A stretch of DNA of 64,000 nucleotides from positions 248,001 to 312,000 of IMG/VR virus record IMGVR_UViG_3300042868_005134, one strand, 5' to 3'. The notes below the pieces were generated by a model, which had not been told where the DNA came from, did no database searches, and saw only the letters and a program-made list of their open reading frames with translations. Shown here piece by piece: positions 9,280 through 16,744 of this stretch. Position 1 is the stretch's first letter. Every line of letters starts with the position of its first letter. The translations under genes and the position numbers were made by a program.

Positions 9280-9637
9280 CCTTTACAAGTGTATACACTG
9301 TTCGAAAATTTCTTAATGCGATTTCTAGTCCAGGATACTGTTTGCACATATTTTGAACACGTTGCCAGTCCGGAAACAAGTCTACAAATTCTACAGAGCT
9401 TCCCCAACTAATTTGATAATCGGTGTTAAGTGTAATAGTATCGCTAGATAACGTTGTATATGTAACCCCACTTCCACTGCCAGTTATTGATATAGTGTTC
9501 ATATTTGTATCAATATAATAACCAGACGATGCGTGTAAATCAGAAGGTAACTCTATAGTAAACGTGTCTCCCAATGCTATAAAAGACTCAGTTGGCAAGT
9601 CGCTTAATAAGTTCTGTTGCTGAGAAGAATTGCTCAT
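9248..9637 (-). CDS. hypothetical protein
   Basis: coupled ORF. Confidence 0.65.
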   Translation of the reverse strand: MSNSSQQQNLLSDLPTESFIALGDTFTIELPSDLHASSGYYIDTNMNTISITGSGSGVTYTTLSSDTITLNTDYQISWGSSVEFVDLFPDWQRVQNMCKQYPGLEIALRNFRTVYTLVKDDYDNPKDKE

Positions 9638-10688
9638 GTAATACCTCTGTTTGTTTTTTTAATTGTGGCAAAAACTGTTCGTAATGATTCATATACTGTA
9701 TGATTTTATTACACACTGAAGGTCTTGCGAAGTCGTATGCTTCAAAACTTTCAGTCCACTCACTAGGATACTTGAATGTGTCAAATGCCATCTCGCTGTA
9801 GCTTAATCTATCCGGCACCATAGGAATGGCACCTACCACAGCACCTTCGTACCAGCTAATGCCCAGCGTCTCTTGAAGATTTGCACTAAACACTATTTTA
9901 GCACGACCTAACAGTTTGTGATATTCATGTTTGTCTAGTTGCTGATCTTGACAAACGACAAATTCGTATTGAGGTAGGTGCGTAGCCAAGTCACGAAAAA
10001 TGTCAACTTGCTTCTCCGGAGCAATGCGATGAGGAAACAAAATTAGATCACGCTTGGGCGTAGTCCAGTAGTTGTCCAAAGTATCTTGCATATACTCCAT
10101 GGGCCAGCCTGTTCGCACAATCTTTCCATCGGTAATTAAATCAGACTTATCCTCTTCGTGCCACGGATTTTCTGTTTTATAACCATCTTCTAATAAGTTA
10201 TCTACAAACATATCAATATGGAACTTGGTAGCAAAATAGTTGTGATCAAATGCGTGGAAAAAACTCTTCTCAGCATGTCTTACCCATTTCCTCTTACCAA
10301 CAAGACGTCCTAAAAAATCTTGTGGATCATATGATCCAGCATGCCATAAACCATGTGTAACTACCGGAATGCCCAGCAGTTCACTCATGTATTTGAGATT
10401 GATGACGCCAGGGTGCCAAGCATCAGTAAATATAAAATGATCACCAGGGCTAACTGATCCGGAGCAAAATAAGCGACCCATCTGCTCCACTTGACTAGCC
10501 TTGTATATATTAGTGCCGCCAAAGTTGAGAAATGCGCCAGGAGTGGTAGCACTAGGAATGTCCGTAGGACCTGATATAATGTTGACATTGTGTCCTGCCT
10601 TTCGTAAGAGAGCAGGTACATGGCGCTTCCATTGCCCCGTGTACCTTGTCTCTACTGCTTCTAGATCAACGAGAAAAACTTTGCTCAT
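9588..10688 (-). CDS. GT-B glycosyltransferase (GT4-like)
   Basis: ILFPHRIAPEKQ and ETLGISWYE (ExxGxxxxE) motifs; real start MSKVFL at 10688. Confidence 0.75.
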   Translation of the reverse strand: MSKVFLVDLEAVETRYTGQWKRHVPALLRKAGHNVNIISGPTDIPSATTPGAFLNFGGTNIYKASQVEQMGRLFCSGSVSPGDHFIFTDAWHPGVINLKYMSELLGIPVVTHGLWHAGSYDPQDFLGRLVGKRKWVRHAEKSFFHAFDHNYFATKFHIDMFVDNLLEDGYKTENPWHEEDKSDLITDGKIVRTGWPMEYMQDTLDNYWTTPKRDLILFPHRIAPEKQVDIFRDLATHLPQYEFVVCQDQQLDKHEYHKLLGRAKIVFSANLQETLGISWYEGAVVGAIPMVPDRLSYSEMAFDTFKYPSEWTESFEAYDFARPSVCNKIIQYMNHYEQFLPQLKKQTEVLHEQFFSATELIKRLAN

Positions 10689-10953
10689 TGCGTGGACCGC
10701 GATAGTTGTTATTTCCACCGCTTCGATTAAATTCGCCACGCGGCTTGCGAGTACCATCCCATGGCTTCTTTGGACGAGTACTGTAATAGAAATTGTTCCA
10801 AATTTGACTATTACGATTGTAAAGATTTGCCTCGTTAAAGTCACACATCTCGAAACGACAAAAATCGTGAAACTTTTCCAAGTCGTCGAAAATTTTAACA
10901 ATATCAGGACGGTTTTCTAAGTAGTTAACGTCTTTGTAATTATTCTTAGCCAT
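10666..10953 (-). CDS. hypothetical protein with basic G/N/R-rich tail
   Basis: start trimmed to MAKNNY, GGAAAG SD-like. Confidence 0.65.
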   Translation of the reverse strand: MAKNNYKDVNYLENRPDIVKIFDDLEKFHDFCRFEMCDFNEANLYNRNSQIWNNFYYSTRPKKPWDGTRKPRGEFNRSGGNNNYRGPRNEQSFSR

Positions 10954-10966
10954 TATAGCTTTCCTT

Positions 10967-11362
10967 TTAATACTTAATAAATGAACCATTTTCTCCGTCT
11001 TCGGAGACTTCAATCCAAACCTCACGGTCGGGATACCTTTGTGAGACTTGAGCGTGTAAATCATCGCTCATCATTTCGCAACTTTTGTAATCTAGCGACA
11101 AAACACCTTGTGTGCTAGAATACAGTTTTTCAAGCCATCGCTTGAATTGTATAAATTCCACATCTCTGTCATTGTGGGTGACACTAAGCCATACCCTAAA
11201 ATGAAAAATATGGCGATGAGGATTAGCCAAAAACGAAACATCATATTCATCTCCTGTTGCTAAGTTTGGATCTGTTGCGGCTGCTGGATATTTGTGAATA
11301 CCTTCTTTACGAAAGGTTACCCAAATCATTTTGTTAGGTCTAATATCTTGTTTAATAATCAT
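10967..11362 (-). CDS. QueD-like T-fold protein with LxxxHRHxF motif (DpdL-like candidate)
   Basis: FLANPHRHIFHFRV, DRDVEF, SCEM, VSEDGENG; HRH in place of QueD CxxxHGH. Confidence 0.7.
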   Translation of the reverse strand: MIIKQDIRPNKMIWVTFRKEGIHKYPAAATDPNLATGDEYDVSFLANPHRHIFHFRVWLSVTHNDRDVEFIQFKRWLEKLYSSTQGVLSLDYKSCEMMSDDLHAQVSQRYPDREVWIEVSEDGENGSFIKY

Positions 11363-11583
11363 TCTTTTCTGAACCTTGGAGTTAAAATCTCTGCATCAAC
11401 TTTATTTAAAAATTGACAATTTTCTAATCTTACTAACAGTTCATCTAACGAACCAGTATGATCTTCAACTATAACTCTAATTGGTTTAGTAGTGTCTGTT
11501 CTGTCTTCTAGAATGTATGTTAGTTTTCCATTTGCAGCTAAAATTTGCTCGCTGAAATATTCTTGTAAATTAATTAAATTCAT
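11359..11583 (-). CDS. hypothetical protein
   Basis: start trimmed to MNLINL (ATGA overlap). Confidence 0.6.
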   Translation of the reverse strand: MNLINLQEYFSEQILAANGKLTYILEDRTDTTKPIRVIVEDHTGSLDELLVRLENCQFLNKVDAEILTPRFRKE

Positions 11584-12098
11584 GTTGGTGTATCCTGTGT
11601 ATATTGATCCCAATAGGTAAATTTGTCTTTACTCATTAGGCTTTGTAGGTGATGAGTCCATACGCCAGGGTTAGTAGCACCCCAAGTACGATCATCTAGT
11701 TTGAGTGTTGCGTTATAGTTAAGTTGACTAATGTAAGGCAACTTTACACTAATCATAGGAATAAACCTATCTTGTTCGCAGTAACCGCTTTCGATTACGC
11801 CTTCAATATGTTCTACACCGAAGTCTAAAGCGACCCAGTAATTTTCTTTAAGACATCCGAGTATAACTGTATCCCATACCGCATATTCTTCTTGTGTCAT
11901 TGCTTTTGGATTGAAGCTCTGACTAGTACCAAAATAAATTTGCTTAATGTCGATGTCTCTGTTTGCTTGTTGTAGTATTTCCTCTAAAGGAGGAGTGCCA
12001 ACAACAAACAAAGTTTTCATACCATAAGCAATAGTATGCTCGACCTCATACCCTGTAAAGTAAACAACATTCTGTCGTTCTTCAGTGTTTAGTCCCAT
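11580..12098 (-). CDS. hypothetical protein inside the modification cluster (172 aa)
   Basis: globular-looking ORF coupled to MDR gene; no motif recognised. Confidence 0.75.
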   Translation of the reverse strand: MGLNTEERQNVVYFTGYEVEHTIAYGMKTLFVVGTPPLEEILQQANRDIDIKQIYFGTSQSFNPKAMTQEEYAVWDTVILGCLKENYWVALDFGVEHIEGVIESGYCEQDRFIPMISVKLPYISQLNYNATLKLDDRTWGATNPGVWTHHLQSLMSKDKFTYWDQYTQDTPT

Positions 12099-12970
12099 TT
12101 AATATAACCTCTGCTGTAACCGCTTGGACGATCCATACCATCCGCAAACGCTTGCTGCCATTCAGTGTTACGATTGTAACACTTTGTCCAGAAACTATCA
12201 ACCTCAAGATAGCCGTTTTCAATCATGAACACTGCTTCTTTCATACATTGGAAAAATCCATCAGTGCGTGGACTTGGCCGAACTGTAGTACAGGCTTTCC
12301 AAAGTTGAGCTTGAGCTTCCTCACGACTAACTGCTTTGCCAACACCGTCAATAATAAGGGCATTGTTATTTAGGTTGATGTCTATACCTAACGCATATTT
12401 GCCACTCAAGTCGATAACTATATCATAACTTTCGCTAGTACCAATCAATAGTTTATCACCCCACAGTTCCGTATTGCTAGACCCTAGTACATTGATGTCT
12501 TGTTTGCGTAATATCAATCTGTGATAAGCAACCCACGCAAGGAATCCACTACCAATAATCAATATCTTGCCATTTCTTTTATTAATTTCGCCTGCGGCTT
12601 GTTCCACTACATTGATACCGCAAGCAACCGGTTCTAGTATATAGCGAGGATGTGCTTCGGGTACTAGGACATACTCTTTAGATCTTACATTATAAATATC
12701 TGCGTATGCGGGTTCGCCTCGGGTGGCAACAAAGTCTCCAAAGTTGACGTCTTTAATATTAGCACCAATTCCAATAACTTGTCCAAGTCCTTCGTGCCCT
12801 TGCATGTGTAAAGGTAACGGCCCAAAGTCTCCTACCATCATGTCGATATCACTACGACATACACCAGTCATAACACTTCGAACACAAATTTCATCTTCAG
12901 TTAACGGATCTACATGAAATTCGATTTCAGTAAAACTACCATTGCCTGTTGTTTGTAAAATTCTATTCAT
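12089..12970 (-). CDS. zinc-dependent MDR-family dehydrogenase
   Basis: GVCRSD, GHEGLG, LEPVAC, IIGSGFLA; structural-Zn 4-Cys lobe absent. Confidence 0.85.
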   Translation of the reverse strand: MNRILQTTGNGSFTEIEFHVDPLTEDEICVRSVMTGVCRSDIDMMVGDFGPLPLHMQGHEGLGQVIGIGANIKDVNFGDFVATRGEPAYADIYNVRSKEYVLVPEAHPRYILEPVACGINVVEQAAGEINKRNGKILIIGSGFLAWVAYHRLILRKQDINVLGSSNTELWGDKLLIGTSESYDIVIDLSGKYALGIDINLNNNALIIDGVGKAVSREEAQAQLWKACTTVRPSPRTDGFFQCMKEAVFMIENGYLEVDSFWTKCYNRNTEWQQAFADGMDRPSGYSRGYIKWD

Positions 12971-13842
12971 AGTTTTTCTATTTGTTCGTGAATCCACATA
13001 TCTTGCTGATATTGATTGTTCCAGAACTCATTATTATTTAGGTTTTTAACAGCAGTCTCTACCATAGTTTTGTAGGCAGATTCTGGACACAATCCTAGCT
13101 CATGTCTTATGGCACTATTTCTCATGCTAAACGCAATACTACTGTCGTCATGATCTAGATTAGTTTTCCAGTTGGCACTTAGTATCCACGTAATGTTCTT
13201 ATTCTCGAATTCTAAATGACAAAAGTCGTCTACGTCATACGTGCCGGTATGATTGACTACACCGTAATCTGTACTGTCAATATCTTCTAGTTTATAGTTT
13301 TGAAGTGATTGTGCTTTAAGTTTAACACCATGTTTATAGTCTGTTAACGCACAATAGTAACTAAGCATATGAGGAATTAAGTCTCTGCTAACTCCGCCAA
13401 ATGCTAATTCTTTTGTAGTAAACCAACTACCGGGTTGTGGAATACGATTAGCGTTATTCCAACGAACATATACTCGTTCGCTTTGATCAGCTTGACTTTT
13501 GAATAGTTTAATCTCGTCTCTGTACTGATTATTTTTAACCATCATGAAACGTGTGTCGGGAAAGTCTTCTACTAGACAGAACCAACACTTGGCATCTTGT
13601 ACACCTGGCTTTTCAATTAGAACAATTTTACACTTGTTAGCAATAGTTCTTGCTACCAGTTCATGTGTAAAATTTGGTGTACAAATAACGACAATATCAT
13701 ATTCGCCTGTGACAATATCAGCAGTTTTAAATGTTGCGTTCTTTTCCGGATTAGAATCCACAGTATCGATTTCATAGCCGAGGCCGGTGAATACGGAATG
13801 ATATAGTTGTCCTATACCCATTCCTACAATTAAGGCCTTCAT
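12967..13842 (-). CDS. Gfo/Idh/MocA-family oxidoreductase
   Basis: ALIVGMGIG, ICTPNFTH, LIEKPG, GGVSRDLIPH. Confidence 0.85.
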   Translation of the reverse strand: MKALIVGMGIGQLYHSVFTGLGYEIDTVDSNPEKNATFKTADIVTGEYDIVVICTPNFTHELVARTIANKCKIVLIEKPGVQDAKCWFCLVEDFPDTRFMMVKNNQYRDEIKLFKSQADQSERVYVRWNNANRIPQPGSWFTTKELAFGGVSRDLIPHMLSYYCALTDYKHGVKLKAQSLQNYKLEDIDSTDYGVVNHTGTYDVDDFCHLEFENKNITWILSANWKTNLDHDDSSIAFSMRNSAIRHELGLCPESAYKTMVETAVKNLNNNEFWNNQYQQDMWIHEQIEKL

Positions 13843-14090
13843 TCTTTTTTACTTTCTTCGTATTGTTTAAACAATCTAGTAACCGGTTCCATTCGTTCTT
13901 GGAACACATCCGGCGCACCTATGGCCGCACGTTCTAAATCCCATTCACTAGGGAAATGTCGCAAGATACTATATGCTTCTCCGCGAACTTTTTTAGGAAC
14001 TCTAGGATAGTCTTTGGTATTGTGGGCTATATCCTGTAAGAATCTCTTGGCCCACATTACGGAACGATATCTTTCATCTGGTAATGTCAT
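13839..14090 (-). CDS. hypothetical phage protein
   Basis: coupled ORF MTLPDERYRS...LRHFP. Confidence 0.75.
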   Translation of the reverse strand: MTLPDERYRSVMWAKRFLQDIAHNTKDYPRVPKKVRGEAYSILRHFPSEWDLERAAIGAPDVFQERMEPVTRLFKQYEESKKE

Positions 14091-15783
14091 GATGTATTTC
14101 GTTTTCTAGTTGATCTAGTTTGTCAATTTGGTCTTCGGCAAATTCGCCATCTTCACTTGATTGTACACTCTCTTCATCTTCTTCGTCAAATAGATTGGCA
14201 AAGTGTGTGCTAGCATTAACTGTTTTTTTACCAATAGCGCCCCGTGTTCCTGGAATAGCTTGCCAAAATTTATCAAAGCCGTCAATGATAGCATCAGCTG
14301 TTGCTCTATCAGGCGCACTAAAAATAGCATCCACTACGTCTTTAAAGTATACACGTTCGAATCTTTCATCTACTAGCATGGCAGGACATAGACCAGCATC
14401 ATACTGTCGATTAGCTTCTTGTACACTATTCAAATGTAGCCACACATTATGACCCATCATAATTGCGTATGTGAAACTATCCCACGATGTTTTACCTTCT
14501 TTACCTATCTTATTTAGGTCGCCTGGTCCGTAGATACAAATATCTTTAACTTGTACGCCATCCATCAAGGGGCTGGTAGTAAACGATTTAAAGTGTCCAT
14601 CTTGTACAACAACATCCTGAAACAATCTAGTATCTTTACTATACTTCTTATTGTCTAAACTAGGCAACATGCGATATAACCATTTTTGTCTATCTACAAT
14701 TTCAGTTTGTACATAAATCTGTCCGTTGGCAGTGGCAAGGAACGGACTGGCACAGTCAAAGCTGATTGTAAACTTGGGATTGTGGTACTTACGAACAGCA
14801 CGTTGAATGTCTGTCAGCAGTAATGCCCACTCTAATTTACTTGTACCCAAGAAGTGCATCCAGTCTTGATGACCTTCTTCTAGTAATCCATCAAACTTTA
14901 GAGCTACTAGTCTGCGTAGAACTAAATCTACGTCACACATATTCTGTCCACCCATAGCCCAGCCATTAAACGGTCTTTCATATTTTGTTGGATCGCAGAA
15001 GTCTTTCATTTGTTGATACCAATCTTCTGCCTGTGCGTGATTCTCACCTTGTAGAACGTTTAAGAACTTACAAGCACCTGTACGATGTTTGATAAAGTAT
15101 TCATTGTTGTATTTGGTAGCGGCAACAGCTTGTTCATAACTAGCAATGCCACTGTTCTTGGCACCCACTGGACTGCGTCCAACCCATGCTGGAATATCAA
15201 GTACCATGCCGTAATCCATTAAGGCATCCATCCAAGCTAATACTTGTTCACGTTTCTTTTGTGCCGCATCTAGTTTTGCTTGAAAAAGTTTAACATGGTC
15301 AATTTTAGTATACTTGACATTTCCGTTCTTGTCTGTTTTAGGATCACCAGTTGGGTGTAATTGTGGAACAAGTTCAACACCCTTGGCAACTGCTTCTGCC
15401 ATGCGTTGTGCTACTTCCTCACCTACTGGATCGTTCCATTCACCTTCCCACACGCCTTTACCAATTTGGAAACCTCCAGAGTCGCCTAATACCCAACTAG
15501 TTGAGCGATCTCTATTGCGAAACATATCTTCGCTTGGATCTGGCTTAGTCAAGTCTAAGTTAGCGTGTCCAGCTGAATACAAACAATGGTCAAAGTAAAA
15601 TGTCGCATTGGGATTCAAATAGTTCATGGCTTCAATGCCTAGTGGTCCAAAGCTGGCAGGTATGCGAGCAGGGTCTACATAGTTATTGTAGCGTTGCTTT
15701 CCGATATACGTACTATAAAAGCCAGATGTTGCCGGCAAAAAGTAGGCATAATCATTTTGATGTGCGGTTAAATTTTTATTCAT
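14074..15783 (-). CDS. dpdA: TGT-fold 7-deazaguanine DNA transglycosylase (DpdA-like)
   Basis: LGDSGGFQ, MVLDIP, LNVLQG, GWAMGG, MHFLG, SFDCASP motifs; no tRNA-TGT CxCxxC Zn site; linked to folE/queE. Confidence 0.8.
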   Translation of the reverse strand: MNKNLTAHQNDYAYFLPATSGFYSTYIGKQRYNNYVDPARIPASFGPLGIEAMNYLNPNATFYFDHCLYSAGHANLDLTKPDPSEDMFRNRDRSTSWVLGDSGGFQIGKGVWEGEWNDPVGEEVAQRMAEAVAKGVELVPQLHPTGDPKTDKNGNVKYTKIDHVKLFQAKLDAAQKKREQVLAWMDALMDYGMVLDIPAWVGRSPVGAKNSGIASYEQAVAATKYNNEYFIKHRTGACKFLNVLQGENHAQAEDWYQQMKDFCDPTKYERPFNGWAMGGQNMCDVDLVLRRLVALKFDGLLEEGHQDWMHFLGTSKLEWALLLTDIQRAVRKYHNPKFTISFDCASPFLATANGQIYVQTEIVDRQKWLYRMLPSLDNKKYSKDTRLFQDVVVQDGHFKSFTTSPLMDGVQVKDICIYGPGDLNKIGKEGKTSWDSFTYAIMMGHNVWLHLNSVQEANRQYDAGLCPAMLVDERFERVYFKDVVDAIFSAPDRATADAIIDGFDKFWQAIPGTRGAIGKKTVNASTHFANLFDEEDEESVQSSEDGEFAEDQIDKLDQLENEIHHDITR

Positions 15784-15970
15784 CTGTTAAGTAATCGTTA
15801 TGCTCTTCGATCCTCCAAATATGGATGTTTTGAGGTACGTTGCCTTTCTTCTCAACGTACCCAATCCTAACATCCACATTTAATGTTCCAAGATCGGACA
15901 TAAGCTCATTAACTTCTTTTACAAGGTCCTTGAGCTTAATGACTTTTGACTTTACATTGTCGTCTTTCAT
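15776..15970 (-). CDS. hypothetical protein
   Basis: coupled ORF. Confidence 0.65.
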   Translation of the reverse strand: MKDDNVKSKVIKLKDLVKEVNELMSDLGTLNVDVRIGYVEKKGNVPQNIHIWRIEEHNDYLTDE

Positions 15971-16698
15971 TTGCTCTGTGCTGGCAATATATAGTTGTAT
16001 TCAACCATGCCACTATCCACAGTAATCATCATGGCGCCAGCATCACTAATCTTCATGGTCTTGTCGCCTGCTAATCCTAGAATTTGCATAACCTGTTGTA
16101 CAGGCCAAGACCAGGTGCCCTTCAGTTTTCCACCTGCCGGAGATTGGAATGTGAATTTGCCTGCGTGTGTGCTAGCATCGCCAAAGCTAACAATTAAATC
16201 GCTGTTTTCTGTTTTAACTTGGAATACAGTTTCTTCTGAGTGTGCTTGACTTTGGAACTTTAAACGTTGGATGCTGGCAACTGCTGGCTGAAACTCAATA
16301 TCCCAAGCCGCACCTTTAAACTTTACAGTCTTGAGTTTTTCGTTAATAATCTCTGTACTCATGAAACGGTAGTCATTGTGAAAGTCGCCAGTGGCGTTTT
16401 CAAAATGCATAGTAGTTGGGATTTCTGCTCCGTTGCGTTGTTGTCGCACAACTTCAATCTTGGCATTGTCTTTGTACTCTGGACACTTCAAGTGAATGTT
16501 AAGTTTGTCCAAGTTGGGCATACCAAACGTGCCTTGAAATTCTTCAACTGGCATGTGAGTTTTTGCTGTTAAAATAACACTACGGTCTTCGGCCATAGAT
16601 TCAATGTTAGTTTCTTCAATTGTTCCTGAGATTTTAATGATAGGTAAAAATCCTAGAGCGTGTGTATGTGTTACGATGTCTTGTAAAATGTCTTTCAT
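15967..16698 (-). CDS. DNA polymerase sliding clamp (gp45/PCNA-like)
   Basis: 243 aa, adjacent to polymerase, C-terminal YNYILPA; clamp loader present at 37777. Confidence 0.65.
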   Translation of the reverse strand: MKDILQDIVTHTHALGFLPIIKISGTIEETNIESMAEDRSVILTAKTHMPVEEFQGTFGMPNLDKLNIHLKCPEYKDNAKIEVVRQQRNGAEIPTTMHFENATGDFHNDYRFMSTEIINEKLKTVKFKGAAWDIEFQPAVASIQRLKFQSQAHSEETVFQVKTENSDLIVSFGDASTHAGKFTFQSPAGGKLKGTWSWPVQQVMQILGLAGDKTMKISDAGAMMITVDSGMVEYNYILPAQSK

Positions 16699-16715
16699 AA
16701 TGATTCCTTTGTGTT

Positions 16716-16744
16716 AGTATATAGGTATTTAGGTCAGAAGTCAA
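16716..16744 (-). promoter_or_regulatory. sigma70-type promoter TTGACT-17-TATACT with CTAAATA in spacer
   Basis: -35 16739-16744, -10 16716-16721, TAAATA 16726-16731. Confidence 0.75.

Noticed and set aside
14074-15783. Ordinary tRNA-guanine transglycosylase (tgt)
   Set aside because: Lacks the C-terminal CxCxxC...H zinc site and typical bacterial Tgt N-terminus, and sits in a replication operon; DNA-acting DpdA fits better, though this is unproven.
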